A stretch of DNA of 64,000 nt from the NCBI GenBank assembly GCA_965368975.1, contig CBDUPA010000011.1:128001-192000 (forward strand), read 5' to 3'. The notes beneath the pieces were generated by a model. It was given only the letters and a program-made list of their open reading frames with translations. It was not told the DNA's origin and did no database searches. Source of the stretch: an uncultured bacterium (GTDB taxonomy: Bacteria > Acidobacteriota > Thermoanaerobaculia > Multivoradales > JAHZIX01). Each line of letters starts with the position of its first letter. Position 1 is the stretch's first letter. Positions 49,348 to 61,322 of this stretch are shown here, piece by piece. A program made the translations under genes and the position numbers.

Positions 49348-52272
49348 TCAGAAGCGCGCGCCGATGTAGAAGTCGGTGCGGAAGCTACTGCCACTGTCCT
49401 TGAAGTCCCATTCCTTGGAGAAGTCCCAGTTGAGGTTGAGACCCAGGAAGTTGACGCTGACACCGAAGCCGTAGGCGGCTAGGGCATCTTCCAGGCGGCT
49501 TTCGTCGCTGTTCCAGAAGTCGAAGTCTTCAGCGTCGTTGTACCAGGCGCCACCGATGTCCAGGAAGACACGGCCGCGGATACCCTGGAAGACCAGAACC
49601 GGCGTGGCCAGCAGGTCGATCAGAGGGAAGCGGTACTCAATGTTGGCGAAGAAAACACGATCTCCGGTCAGCTCGCGGTACTCGAAGCCGCGCAAAGTAT
49701 CGAGACCACCAATCGCCAGAATCACCGGCGTGTTGCCTTCGGCTGCCGCAGCGTAGAGCCGCAGAGCAACGTTGCTGCGCTGGCTGACGCTGAAGTACTT
49801 GCGGGCGTCGAGGGCGACGTAGCTGGTCAGTGTGCCGCTGTCGTCGAGGTCCGGAGCGTAGCTGACGTCGGCGCGGATCAGGTTACCGCTGACCGGTCCG
49901 TACGGTGCGTAGACCGCGTTGTCGTGCACCAGGCTGGTGCGCACGAACGGGTAGTCGTCCTCGACATCGACGAAGTTGAATTCGAGGAAGCCGCTGTCGG
50001 GGTTGAAGTTCGGGACCTGGAAGCGGAACTGGCGGTAGATATACCCAACTCCGGCCTCGAAACGGGTGTTGAAGGAGAGGGGGTAGATCAGCGACCCTTC
50101 GAGGCCGGTCAGCTGGTAGGCCTCTTCGCTGCGATTGATCTCGTTGCGTCGACTGTCGAAGGTTGTGTAGAAGTATCGATCGTCGAACAGGTGCACCTGC
50201 CACTGCAGGCGATTCTCCAGGTTGAGGTAGTAGATATCGAAGTTGGACAGGCTGTTCTGGGAGTCGAAGACGCCGATGATGCGGCGATCGCCAAGGTAGT
50301 CAGAGAACGTCAGGATCACCTGGCCGAGGAAATCCTGGTTGTCGGTGACACCGATGAAGGCGTCGGCGTTCTCGAGGAAGAACTTGCCGCCGCCGTAGCC
50401 TTCTTTATTGGCGTCATCCAGGGCAACCTGGATATCCGGCTCGAACTGCGGTAGGTCGGCCATGGTGACCGGCTCGGTGTCGAGCTCTTCGCGCGTCGGT
50501 TCGCCGACCGGTTCTTCGAGCTCGTTGACGAACAGCTCGAAACGGTTCTTCCAGTAGCCGACATAAACCAACTCATCCTTGCCTTCGTTGTCGGACAGCA
50601 CGGTGGGCATGAAGCAGCCGGTGACGACATCGGTGTACTGGCGGATGTCGCCTTCGCCCAGGTCGAGGCTGTAGATATTGTCGATGCCGTTGCCGCGGTC
50701 GGAGGCGAAGTAGAGCGTCTGGCCATCGCTGCTGAAGGTGGCGTCCTTGTCGTTGGCGTCGCCGTAGGTCAGCTGGAAGCGGCGGTCCGGGTTGCCCCAT
50801 TCGAGGCTGAACAGCTTGGCGTAGTCCCCCACGACCGAGCTGTAGACCAGCCGCTCGCCGTCCGGGGAGAAGGTCGGGGCGGCGTCGTAGAGCGCATCGT
50901 TGGTGACGTTGCGCACTTCCAGCGTCTCGAGGTCGATGGCGAAGATGTCGAACGAGCCGTTCTGGTTGCCGCCGAAGGCGATGGTGCGGCCGTCGGGATG
51001 CCAGGTGGGCGAGAACGGCTGCTCGACGTCGAGGTCGATGATCTGGCGAATCCCGCCTTTGATCACGTCGATCAGCACCAGCGAGCGGCCGCGCTCGCGC
51101 TTGGCGAAGGTGGCCAGGGTGTTGCCGTCAGGTGAGAAGGTGAGGTCGCGGCCCATGCCCGGCGGCGAGGCGACGAACTTGGCCGCGATGTACTGGTACT
51201 CGGTTTCGAAGCCGCGCGTCAGGTTGCGCAGGAAGCGGCGCTTGCGGGCGTCGAAGAGGATGACGTCCAGTTGCCCGGCCTTGTAGGTCGAGAGCGCCGC
51301 CACCAAGTCACCGGACGGTGAGGCAACAGGCGAGATGTCCGAGCTATAAGGGGCGTCCTCGATGCGGAACGGCCGGCCGAAGTCGCCGGGCTCGCCGGTC
51401 TCGACCAGCTGCGGCAGGTACTTCTGGCGTAGCCAGCGGCGGAACTCGCGGTCGAAGTCCTCGGAGTCCATCTTGAAGGTGCGCTCGACGGCACGGCCGA
51501 CGCGCGAGCCGATGGTGTTGCGGAACTCATAGATGAAGTCCAGGAAGCCGTCCTGCCCCCAGCGCTCTTCGATGAAGTCGAACACCGCGTGGCCGAAGCG
51601 GTAGGCGAAGAAGCCGCCGATGTTGCTCTGTGTGATCGGCGGGATGTTGTCGTTGACCACCATGTCGCGCAGGAACATGCGATCAGTGGTCTGCTCGTCC
51701 TTGGCCATGTAGCTGGCCATACCCTCGGTGAGCCACAGTGGGGCATTGTTCGCCAGGCCCTTGGCCAGGCTGCCCTGGTACAGCATGTAGTACTGGAAGA
51801 TGTGGGTCAGCTCGTGCTTGATCAGACCCAGCAGCTCGGGATCCGGCATGTCGACCGGCAGCACCATGCGGTAGCGCACTGGCGAGGCGAAGGCACCGAC
51901 ACCCTCGGGGATGAAGTTGAGGATGATGTTGTTCTGCTCGAAGGCAGAGTGTGTTTCGTAGAAGATCAGCGGCGTCGGGTCCTGGATCTGGTAGTCCAGG
52001 GCCTGCGACAGCTCGTCATAGGCGCTCTCGGCGAAGGAGACCACCTTCTCCAGCAACGCATCTTGTTCGGTGTAGTAGTACACGTCGAAGTGCGGCGAGT
52101 GGTAGATCTGCCAGTCGAAGTCTCGGTACTGGATCTTGTTCTTGCCGAAGCTGTTGTAGTACTGGGCTTCGAGGGTCACCGGAAGCAGGGTGGCAACCAG
52201 CAGCGAGAGGGCGAGACCCACGGCCACGCGTGCTGCCAGGGTGGGAGCTTTGGGAGTCTGGGCGGTCAACAC
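49348..52272 (-). CDS. Omp85/BamA-family outer-membrane protein with gluzincin-like (HExxH) and PD40 propeller N-terminal domains
   Basis: Signal peptide, FGKNKIQY, HELTH...WLTEGMASY, SPDG repeats, GGLDTLRGF, EYRFPL, terminal aromatic residue (ARF). Confidence 0.85.
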   Translation of the reverse strand: MLTAQTPKAPTLAARVAVGLALSLLVATLLPVTLEAQYYNSFGKNKIQYRDFDWQIYHSPHFDVYYYTEQDALLEKVVSFAESAYDELSQALDYQIQDPTPLIFYETHSAFEQNNIILNFIPEGVGAFASPVRYRMVLPVDMPDPELLGLIKHELTHIFQYYMLYQGSLAKGLANNAPLWLTEGMASYMAKDEQTTDRMFLRDMVVNDNIPPITQSNIGGFFAYRFGHAVFDFIEERWGQDGFLDFIYEFRNTIGSRVGRAVERTFKMDSEDFDREFRRWLRQKYLPQLVETGEPGDFGRPFRIEDAPYSSDISPVASPSGDLVAALSTYKAGQLDVILFDARKRRFLRNLTRGFETEYQYIAAKFVASPPGMGRDLTFSPDGNTLATFAKRERGRSLVLIDVIKGGIRQIIDLDVEQPFSPTWHPDGRTIAFGGNQNGSFDIFAIDLETLEVRNVTNDALYDAAPTFSPDGERLVYSSVVGDYAKLFSLEWGNPDRRFQLTYGDANDKDATFSSDGQTLYFASDRGNGIDNIYSLDLGEGDIRQYTDVVTGCFMPTVLSDNEGKDELVYVGYWKNRFELFVNELEEPVGEPTREELDTEPVTMADLPQFEPDIQVALDDANKEGYGGGKFFLENADAFIGVTDNQDFLGQVILTFSDYLGDRRIIGVFDSQNSLSNFDIYYLNLENRLQWQVHLFDDRYFYTTFDSRRNEINRSEEAYQLTGLEGSLIYPLSFNTRFEAGVGYIYRQFRFQVPNFNPDSGFLEFNFVDVEDDYPFVRTSLVHDNAVYAPYGPVSGNLIRADVSYAPDLDDSGTLTSYVALDARKYFSVSQRSNVALRLYAAAAEGNTPVILAIGGLDTLRGFEYRELTGDRVFFANIEYRFPLIDLLATPVLVFQGIRGRVFLDIGGAWYNDAEDFDFWNSDESRLEDALAAYGFGVSVNFLGLNLNWDFSKEWDFKDSGSSFRTDFYIGARF

Positions 52273-52315
52273 GAGGTCTCCTCCGAGCTACACCTTCGAT
52301 GATCGAGGTGACGAG

Positions 52316-53104
52316 TTACTTGGTGAACAGAATACGGCTGGCCTCGATGGTCTTCTCGGTGAACAATCCGAGAATGCGGTCCTCGAGGGCATAGAGGTTC
52401 TCGAACATGCCGCGCAGCGGGTCGGCTTCCTCGCCTTCGTAGCTCTGGAAGTCTTTGAAGTTGTCGGAGTACATCAGCTCGCCGTTGCGACCGTCGTAGA
52501 CCTGCATCAAGATGTCGTACTCGAAGCCGGTCTGCTCGACCAGCACCTGCCGGTAGTAGGTGCGACCGTTGTAGGGCGACACGTATGGCTCTGTGCGGTA
52601 CCCGGTGCGATCCTGGATGTCGAAGTCGAGGCTGCCGGCGACGATCAGGTCGGCCTGGGTGCGCTCGCCGATGACGCTCCAGAAGTCGGTCTCGCGGCCC
52701 AGTGCCTCGACATCGTAGGTCGGGTAGTCGATCGGGCCGCTCTCGATCACCTTGAGTTCGGTCTCGCGCCGCATCACCTTCTCGAGATAGCGCTCGAACT
52801 CGCTCTGGACATCGATATTGCGACCGCCGCGCGACTGTTGCTCGCCCTCGCGGCTGACCACCAGGAAGGGCGCGATGACGATAGTCTCGCGGTCCTTGAG
52901 GTCGAGCTTGGACTTCTGCGGCAGTTCCAGGCGCACCTCGACGGAGGCGGCGTGGACAGGCTGGCTGACGCCGGGCAGCACCAGCAAGCCGAGCGCGAGA
53001 GCAGCGCCGAGTGCCGATGCGACGACGGGTGCTAGAGCGGGCTCGACGGCCGAAGGAGTTCGGCGCTGGTGCTCAGGAATGGATCGAGCTGGATGCGGGC
53101 TCAT
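52316..53104 (-). CDS. Exported hypothetical protein (possible TolB-N/CsgG-like alpha/beta fold)
   Basis: ATG 53104 overlaps the upstream TGA (ATGA); signal peptide; IVIAPF, ADLIVAGSL, VYDGRNGE. Confidence 0.7.
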   Translation of the reverse strand: MSPHPARSIPEHQRRTPSAVEPALAPVVASALGAALALGLLVLPGVSQPVHAASVEVRLELPQKSKLDLKDRETIVIAPFLVVSREGEQQSRGGRNIDVQSEFERYLEKVMRRETELKVIESGPIDYPTYDVEALGRETDFWSVIGERTQADLIVAGSLDFDIQDRTGYRTEPYVSPYNGRTYYRQVLVEQTGFEYDILMQVYDGRNGELMYSDNFKDFQSYEGEEADPLRGMFENLYALEDRILGLFTEKTIEASRILFTK

Positions 53105-53595
53105 GGCGACTCTCCTTCTTCTTCCGCGGGGGTGAAGCCGCGGTAGAACTCGACGAAGCGGGCGTAGTTCTTCTTCAGCTCCTGGTTGCCGGGCTCTCGG
53201 CGCAGCGCTTCCTTGTAGTACTCCAGGGCTTTGTCGAACTGACCGGTCGCTTCGCAGGCGACCGCCAGGTTGTTGTAGACACGCGGATTGCTCGGGTCCA
53301 TGCGCTGAGCTTGTTCGAAGCGGAACAACGCCTCGTTCCACAGCTGGCGTCGGGCCATCTCGACGCCGAAGGCGATCTGGTCTTCGGCCTTGGCGGTCGA
53401 CACCGCGCTCGAGGCGTTGCCGCTGCAGGCTGCCGTCCCCAAGAGCAGCGGCCCCAGTAGCAGTGGCCCCAGCAGCAGTGGCCCGAACAGCAAAGGCCTG
53501 AGCAGTGCAGTTCCCGCCATGGCGGTGAGCCGCTGCCGCAGCGAGAGAGAGAGTCGGAGGACCGGTGGGTGGTCCGGATTGGGGCGTTTGGTCAT
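53101..53595 (-). CDS. TPR-containing lipoprotein
   Basis: GAGGAG RBS, lipobox-like TAAC, TPR motifs LWNEALFRFEQA and VYNNLAVACEATGQFDKALEYYKEAL. Confidence 0.78.
   Translation of the reverse strand: MTKRPNPDHPPVLRLSLSLRQRLTAMAGTALLRPLLFGPLLLGPLLLGPLLLGTAACSGNASSAVSTAKAEDQIAFGVEMARRQLWNEALFRFEQAQRMDPSNPRVYNNLAVACEATGQFDKALEYYKEALRREPGNQELKKNYARFVEFYRGFTPAEEEGESP
53437..53496 (-). repeat. 4 x 15-bp tandem repeat (PLLLG) in the signal peptide
   Basis: ccccaagagcagcgg ccccagtagcagtgg ccccagcagcagtgg cccgaacagcaaagg. Confidence 0.8.
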
Positions 53596-53960
53596 CGGGC
53601 TAGACTCCTCGACGGCTGGTCCTGTGACGACGGGCCCCGCTATCCGGGTCGTACGGCTCGATCCCCCGCTGACGGGGGCCCCGATAGCCGTGCTGCGGGG
53701 CTTCGGCTCGTTATCCCTTCGGCGTTCTTTCCTGGCAGGATCCTGCAAGATCCCCTTCAGAGGGTCCCTACGACGAGGGCTGGTCTTCGGATGCTCCGGA
53801 AGTGAAAAACCCGGCTTGGGTGTACTATACACGAGACCTAAACGTCTACCTCGGAGCTGTTATTCCGCTGGCTGCAGCGCGGGCGTTCCGCGCGCCGGCA
53901 TCGTGAATCTCCCGCGCGGGCGGGCGGGGTACTCGGGAGTCTCGTATCCGTCCTCAAGAC

Positions 53961-55133
53961 TTGTTGATCGCGCTCAATGCCGAGCTCAAACTGTCGCGGG
54001 CAGCGCTGTGCCGGCTGGCTCAGGAGTTGGACGCCTGGTGGCCAGCCGTGCGCACGGCCAACAATGCTTCCGTGGCGGCAATGGCCGTACGGATCGGTGT
54101 GCCGGTAGCCCAGTTGCGCCGGGCGCGCGACGTGGCAGGGGATGCCGAGCGCCGGGTCGAGCAGGAACGAAGGAGTGCTGAGCACCAGGAGGCCGAGATC
54201 GTCACCTGGCTGGACGAGACCTACCCGCCGGCCTTGCACGACTTACACCTGCCGCCGCCGGTGCTCTACTTGCGGGGCTACTGGCCGCGGTCGTGTCTGC
54301 GCGGCGGTCCCGTCTTGTCGGTCGTGGGTTCTCGACGCGCCTCGGACTACGGCCGGGAGGCCGCGCGGCACCTGGCTGGCGCGGTTGCCGCGGAGGGGGT
54401 GGTGATCGTCTCTGGCTTCGCCGTTGGTATCGACGCGGTGGCCCACGAGGCCGCCCTGGACGCTGATGGACAAACGGTGGCGGTGCTCGGCTGCGGCGTC
54501 GACGTGCCGTACCCGAAACCTCATCAGCGGCTGCGCGACAAGCTGCTGGCAGCGACGGACTGTGCGCTGGTCAGCGAGTTCCCGCTGGGCATGGAGCCGC
54601 GACCCTGGAGCTTTCCGGTGCGCAATCGCGTCATCGCGGCACTCGGGCAAGGGACGCTGGTCGTGCAGGCTGCGGCGAAGTCGGGCTCGCTGATCACGGC
54701 GCACCAGGCATTGGAGCTGGGGCGCGAGGTACTGGCGGTGCCGGGCGGCATCTTTGATCCTGGGGCGGTCGGGCCGAATGCGCTGATTCGCGACGGTGCG
54801 ACGCCGGTGCAGGACGCGCGCGACATTCTGGACGCTCTCGGGCTGGCCCCGGCTGGGCAGCAGCGGCAGCTGTTCGAGAGCCCGGCCACTGGGTCTGCTG
54901 GCGCGTCCGCGGAGGAGTCGTCTGCAGCGGCCGGCACCGGTGCCAGCCGCCTCCTGCCAGACGGACTCGCCGGCCGTCTCGTGCAGGCTCTGCCGGTGGG
55001 TGCCGAGCTGACCGCGGATGACTTGGTGGCGGCCAGTGGCAGTACCACGGACGCTGTGCTCGGGGCCCTATTGGAGCTGGAACTGAACGGCTGGGTGCAA
55101 CGTTTGCCCGGCCAGCTGTATCGCCGCGGGTAA
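53961..55133 (+). CDS. dprA: DNA-processing protein DprA
   Basis: YPPALHDL, VVGSR, VSGFAVGID, FPVRNRVIA, SGSLITA, C-terminal LLELELNG winged helix. Confidence 0.93.
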   Translation: MLIALNAELKLSRAALCRLAQELDAWWPAVRTANNASVAAMAVRIGVPVAQLRRARDVAGDAERRVEQERRSAEHQEAEIVTWLDETYPPALHDLHLPPPVLYLRGYWPRSCLRGGPVLSVVGSRRASDYGREAARHLAGAVAAEGVVIVSGFAVGIDAVAHEAALDADGQTVAVLGCGVDVPYPKPHQRLRDKLLAATDCALVSEFPLGMEPRPWSFPVRNRVIAALGQGTLVVQAAAKSGSLITAHQALELGREVLAVPGGIFDPGAVGPNALIRDGATPVQDARDILDALGLAPAGQQRQLFESPATGSAGASAEESSAAAGTGASRLLPDGLAGRLVQALPVGAELTADDLVAASGSTTDAVLGALLELELNGWVQRLPGQLYRRG

Positions 55134-55176
55134 TCGATCGCGCAGGTGAGCCAGCCAGGCAGATGACCTGGACGAG

Positions 55177-55800
55177 CTAGAACAGATCGCGGGCGCGCAA
55201 GTGGTCCAGCATGCTACGGTGCAGCTCCTGTGGCGGCACGCTGCTATCGACTTCCACCAGGATCGGATCTCGCTGGCACAGCTGCCGGAAGATACGGCGC
55301 GACACTTCCAGCGCCTCCTGACGCTCGAAGCTATTGGGTGCACTGTCGCGGACGGTGACGCGGCGCACTGCGGTTTCCGGATCCAAGTCGAGCACGAAGA
55401 CGATATCGGGTTCCGGCGCGAGGGCCTTCATCTGCGTCTCCAGCTCGTCTAGATCCGCACCACGGGCGCCCTGGTAGGCAATGGTGGAATAGAAGTAGCG
55501 GTCGAGGATGACGACCTTGCCGGCCTCCAGCGATGGCCGGATCAGCGTCGCGACGTGCTGGCGCCGATCCTCCACGAAGGCTTCCAGCTCCTCGTGCAGG
55601 GGGAGTCGGCCGCGGCTCGCCGACTCGCGAATCTTGCGTCCCCAAGGACCATCGGTGGGTTCTTTGGAGGTCACCACGTCGTGACCCTCGGCGCGCAGGG
55701 CGTCGGCGAGCAGGTGCACTTGCGTGGTCTTGCCAGCACCGTCGATACCTTCGACGGCGATCAGGATTCCGCGTCTTTCCGTGCTGGTTGGTCCGTCCAT
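55177..55800 (-). CDS. tmk: Thymidylate kinase
   Basis: EGIDGAGKTTQ, KEPT, DRYFYSTIAYQG. Confidence 0.93.
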   Translation of the reverse strand: MDGPTSTERRGILIAVEGIDGAGKTTQVHLLADALRAEGHDVVTSKEPTDGPWGRKIRESASRGRLPLHEELEAFVEDRRQHVATLIRPSLEAGKVVILDRYFYSTIAYQGARGADLDELETQMKALAPEPDIVFVLDLDPETAVRRVTVRDSAPNSFERQEALEVSRRIFRQLCQRDPILVEVDSSVPPQELHRSMLDHLRARDLF

Positions 55801-55853
55801 CGCCGCGCAGGATACCACTGGGCGTATAGACTCGCGGCATGCAGACTCATGGC

Positions 55854-57230
55854 ATGCGAGATCATTCCGATTCACCTCCCGTCCATGTCGTCGGTGCCGG
55901 CCTGGCAGGCTCCGAGTGCGCCTATCAGCTGGCGCGCCGCGGGTTTGACGTCGTGTTACACGAGATGCGCCCCGAGCGCTCGACGCCGGCGCACAAGTCC
56001 GGTGACTTCGCGGAGCTGGTGTGCAGCAACTCGCTGCGCAGTGACGATCCGCACCACGCCGCGGGCTTGCTCAAGCGCGAGATGGAAGCTTTCGGTTCGC
56101 TGATCATCGCCACCGCTCGCCGTCATGCGGTACCTGCTGGCGGCGCTCTGGCGGTCGACCGCGACAATTTCGCCGCGGCGGTCACCGAAGCGCTTGCCCA
56201 GCATCCGCGCATCGAGCTGCGCCGTGGCGAGGTGACGGAGTTGCCCGAGGGTGATGCGGTGCTGGCCACCGGGCCGTTGACCTCGGACGCGCTGGCTGCG
56301 CGGCTGCAAGCGCTGCTGGGGAACGACTACCTTTACTTCTATGACGCCATCGCGCCGATCGTCGACGCCGAGAGCCTGGACATGTCCAAACTGTTCGCCG
56401 GCTCGCGCTACGACAAAGGCGACGGCGACGACTACCTCAACGCGCCGATGACGCCCGAGCAGTACCAGGTGTTCTACGAAGCGCTGACCAGTGCCGAGCT
56501 AGCACCCTTGCCCGCCTTCGATGAACTACCGGATGACGGCAGCAAGCGCAAGAATCCCTTCTTCGAAGGCTGCCTGCCGGTCGAGGAGATGGCGCGCCGC
56601 GGTGTCGACACCCTGCGCTTCGGCCCGATGAAGCCCGTCGGTCTGAGGCCGCCGGACGGCTCCAGGCCACACGCCGTTGTGCAGCTGCGGCAAGAGAACC
56701 TTGCGCGCAGTCACTACAACCTGGTGGGTTTCCAGTCGCGTCTCAAGTGGGGCGACCAGAAGCGCGTGCTGCGGCTGATTCCCGGTCTCGAGAACGCCGA
56801 CTTCGTGCGTCTCGGGCAGGTGCACCGCAACACTTTCATCAATGCGCCGCAATACCTGTTGCCGACCTACCAGCTACGGCCGCGGCCGAACCTGCGCCTG
56901 GGCGGTCAGATCACTGGCGTCGAGGGCTATCTGGAATCCGCTGCCACCGGTTTGGCGATCGCGCTCTACTTGATGCTGGAACGGCGCGGCGTCGACTTCG
57001 AGCCCTTCCCGGCGACCACGGCTTTCGGCGCCATGAACCGGCACCTGGTCGAGTCGATGGCCAAGCACTTCCAGCCCGCCAACATCAACTACGGCCTGTT
57101 CCTGTCGCTCGAAGGTCGCGTACCACGCAAGAGCCGCAAGCAGGCCTACGCCGAGCGGGCGCATGCCGAGTTGCTGGCTTGGGCGCAGCGCCACGGCGTC
57201 GACCTCGAAGCAGATCTGTGCGCGGCCTGA
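55854..57230 (+). CDS. trmFO: FAD/folate-dependent tRNA m5U54 methyltransferase
   Basis: GAGLAGSE, ELVCSNSL, FYDAIAPI, FFEGCLP, GQITGVEGY. Confidence 0.95.
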   Translation: MRDHSDSPPVHVVGAGLAGSECAYQLARRGFDVVLHEMRPERSTPAHKSGDFAELVCSNSLRSDDPHHAAGLLKREMEAFGSLIIATARRHAVPAGGALAVDRDNFAAAVTEALAQHPRIELRRGEVTELPEGDAVLATGPLTSDALAARLQALLGNDYLYFYDAIAPIVDAESLDMSKLFAGSRYDKGDGDDYLNAPMTPEQYQVFYEALTSAELAPLPAFDELPDDGSKRKNPFFEGCLPVEEMARRGVDTLRFGPMKPVGLRPPDGSRPHAVVQLRQENLARSHYNLVGFQSRLKWGDQKRVLRLIPGLENADFVRLGQVHRNTFINAPQYLLPTYQLRPRPNLRLGGQITGVEGYLESAATGLAIALYLMLERRGVDFEPFPATTAFGAMNRHLVESMAKHFQPANINYGLFLSLEGRVPRKSRKQAYAERAHAELLAWAQRHGVDLEADLCAA

Positions 57231-58153
57231 TCGACGACTTTCTCGACCACCTGCGCCACGAGCGGCGCTTGTCGGAGCACACGGTGCGCGCCTATGGCGG
57301 TGACCTGCGGCGTTTTCTCGACTTCTTGGCCGGTGAGTACTTGGGGGTCGAGGTCGCCGATGCCGCGGCGGCGGATGTCGATGCCGCGGCGGTGCGGGCC
57401 TACCTGGCGCACCTGGCGCGCGGCAAGCGCAGCGCGCGCACACAGGCACGAGCGCTGGCAGCGGTCCGCAGCTGCTTACGTCACGGCTGCCGCCTCGGCA
57501 TCGTGGACGCCAATGCCGCCGAGGCGGTCAGAACGCCGAAGCTGCCCAAGAAGCTACCGCGGCAGTTGCGTCCGGCCGAGATCGAGACGCTGCTCGCGGC
57601 GGTGGACGGTGAGGACGAGTTGTCGCTGCGCGACCGGGCGCTGCTCGAACTGCTCTACGCCACCGGCCTGCGCGTGGGAGAGTTGGTCAGCCTCGACTGG
57701 CGCGACCTCGACCTCGACGGGCGCCGTCTACGCGTGGTTGGCAAGGGCAGCAAAGAGCGGCAGGTCCACTTCGGCCGGCCGGCGGCGCAGACGCTGAGTC
57801 GCTGGCTCGACGTCTGGGACCAGGTGCGCCAGCGTCGCGCGCAGGATCTGCCCGAGGACGGGGATCCACTGTTCCTGCATCACCGCGGTGGCCGCCTGAG
57901 CGACCGTTCGGTACGCCGCGTGCTGGACAAACGGGTGCAGGAAGCGGCACTGACCGCCGGTGTGCATCCGCACGCGCTGCGCCACACCTTCGCCACCCAC
58001 TTGCTGGAGGCAGGAGCCGACCTGCGCACCATCCAGGAACTGCTGGGCCACAGCTCGCTGTCCACCACGCAGCGCTACACCCACCTGGATCTGGACCGTC
58101 TGTTGGGCGTTTACCGCGAAGCCCATCCCCGTGCCCGCCGCGGTTCCTCGTGA
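57218..58153 (+). CDS. xerC: Tyrosine recombinase XerC
   Basis: SEHTVRAY, GLRVGEL, GKGSKER, HPHALRHTFATHLL, LLGH, TTQRYT; canonical position between trmFO and hslV. Confidence 0.88.
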   Translation: MRGLIDDFLDHLRHERRLSEHTVRAYGGDLRRFLDFLAGEYLGVEVADAAAADVDAAAVRAYLAHLARGKRSARTQARALAAVRSCLRHGCRLGIVDANAAEAVRTPKLPKKLPRQLRPAEIETLLAAVDGEDELSLRDRALLELLYATGLRVGELVSLDWRDLDLDGRRLRVVGKGSKERQVHFGRPAAQTLSRWLDVWDQVRQRRAQDLPEDGDPLFLHHRGGRLSDRSVRRVLDKRVQEAALTAGVHPHALRHTFATHLLEAGADLRTIQELLGHSSLSTTQRYTHLDLDRLLGVYREAHPRARRGSS

Positions 58154-58773
58154 GCTGCTACAATCCGGCCTCTATGCACTACAATGCCCGACCTATGCAG
58201 GCGCAAGACGCAGATCAGCAGGACCGCCCTTTCTACCCTCGAACCCGCGCCACGACCGTGCTGGTCGTGCGTCGCGACGGTCGATTGTGTATGGCCAGCG
58301 ATGGCCAGGTGACCCTCGGCGATACGGTCGCCAAGAGTTCGGCCGCCAAGGTCAAGCGCGTTGGCAAGGACAACGATGTCCTGGTCGGCTTCGCCGGCGG
58401 TGCCGCCGACGGCCTGGCGCTCATCGACCGCTTCGAAGAGAAGTTGGGAGAGTTTGTCGGCAATGTCGAGCGCGCCGTTGTCGAACTGTCGCGCGACTGG
58501 CGGATGGACCGCGCGCTGCGCCAGCTACAAGCGCTGATCGTGGTCGCTGACCGGCGCCAGAGTTTCTTCGTCTCCGGCAACGGTGACCTGATGCAGCCGG
58601 ACGAGGATGGCATCATGGCTATCGGTTCCGGCGGCAACTACGCGCTGTCGGCAGCGCGAGCTCTGGTCCGTCATACTGATCTCAGCGCCCGGCAGGTGGT
58701 GGAAGAAGCGATGAAGATCGCTGCCAGTATCTGCATCTACACCAACGATCACTTGACTATCGAGGAGCTCTGA
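58150..58773 (+). CDS. hslV: ATP-dependent protease subunit HslV
   Basis: ATTVL (N-terminal nucleophile Thr), DGQVTLG, GFAG, IGSGG, ICIYTN. Start may be 58195. Confidence 0.95.
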   Translation: MSCYNPASMHYNARPMQAQDADQQDRPFYPRTRATTVLVVRRDGRLCMASDGQVTLGDTVAKSSAAKVKRVGKDNDVLVGFAGGAADGLALIDRFEEKLGEFVGNVERAVVELSRDWRMDRALRQLQALIVVADRRQSFFVSGNGDLMQPDEDGIMAIGSGGNYALSAARALVRHTDLSARQVVEEAMKIAASICIYTNDHLTIEEL

Positions 58774-58775
58774 GC

Positions 58776-60186
<1,411 letters not shown>

Positions 60187-60197
<11 letters not shown>

Positions 60198-61293
60198 CAC
60201 CTCTCCGCGTCGCGCCCTGTTGTTCGTTCTGCCGCTGGCGTTGCCGCTGCTGTTGACAGCCTGCGGCAAGAAGGGAGATCCGCGGCCCCCGATCCGTGCC
60301 GTACCGGCCGCCGTGCAGGATCTGGCCGTGCGCCAGCAGGGGCAGGATTTCCTGCTCGAGATGAGCTACCCGAAGGTCACCACCAGCGGCATGGCATTGC
60401 CCGCGCTTGATCGTGTCGAGGTGCTGCAACTGCTGCGTCCTGCGCCCGCCGAGGGTTTCCAGCCCGAGGTCGACGCGCTCGAGTTCAACACCAGTGCCGA
60501 GGTGCTGCGCGTGTTGGGCGGCAATGACCTGAGCCTGGCCACCAGCGGCGACCGCCTCTACGTGCGCTTGCCTGTGCCCGCACTTGCGGCGCCACCGACC
60601 GCGTCCGATGAAGGTGCTGCAGCGATGCCGCAGCAGCACGCTTTCGCTGTGCGCTCGATCACCGGTGCTGGTGAGGAGTCGGCGCTGTCGAACTTCGCTC
60701 TCCTGGTGCCGACGACGGCGCCGGAACCGCCCACCGGCATCAACCTGGTGCCGGGGCCCGAAGGTATCGAGATCACCTGGACCCCCCCCGCGGATGAGGT
60801 CGAGGGCTTCCACGTCTATCGTCGCGACGCTCGCAGCCGTGCCTATCCGCGCACGCCGATCCGCGTCGAGGGTGATCAGCCCAAGGCGATGGATACCTCG
60901 GCCCGCTTCGGCAACCGCTACATCTACACCGTGACCACCGTGACGCAGCGCACACCACTGATCGAGAGCCGCCTATCCGGCGAAGCCGAGGTCAGCTACC
61001 AGGACCGCTTCCCGCCCGCGGTGCCCGGCGGCTTGGTGGTGCTGGCCGAGATCGGCCGCGTGCGTTTGACCTGGGACCGCAGCCCGTCCGCTGACGTCGC
61101 CGGCTACTACGTCTACCGGCGTGGTGGCGGAGAAGGCGACTTCCGACGGCTCAACGCCGAGTCGCAGACGCGCCGAGAGCTGGTCGACGAAGACGTCACC
61201 TCCGGCCGCACGTACACCTACCGCATCACGGCGGTCGACGCTCTGGGCAACGAGAGCGCGCCCAGCAACGAGGTCTTGACCACCGTCCGCTGA
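60187..61293 (+). CDS. Fibronectin type III domain lipoprotein
   Basis: Lipobox LTAC then GKKGDPRPP; FN3 motifs ITWTPP..GFHVYRR, LTWDRS..GYYVYRR, YRITAVD..GNES. Confidence 0.82.
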
Positions 61294-61322
61294 GCCCGGT
61301 GGGTCAACGCTGCCGAAACAGA

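Noticed and set aside
53600-53960. Palindromes in the divergent TPR/dprA intergenic region (cccccg-ctga-cggggg; gcaggatcctgc)
   Set aside because: Short GC-rich palindromes are expected by chance; no recognisable riboswitch or operator.
57218-58153. Tyrosine recombinase as a phage/ICE integrase
   Set aside because: Canonical trmFO-xerC-hslV context, host-like composition and XerC-like length.
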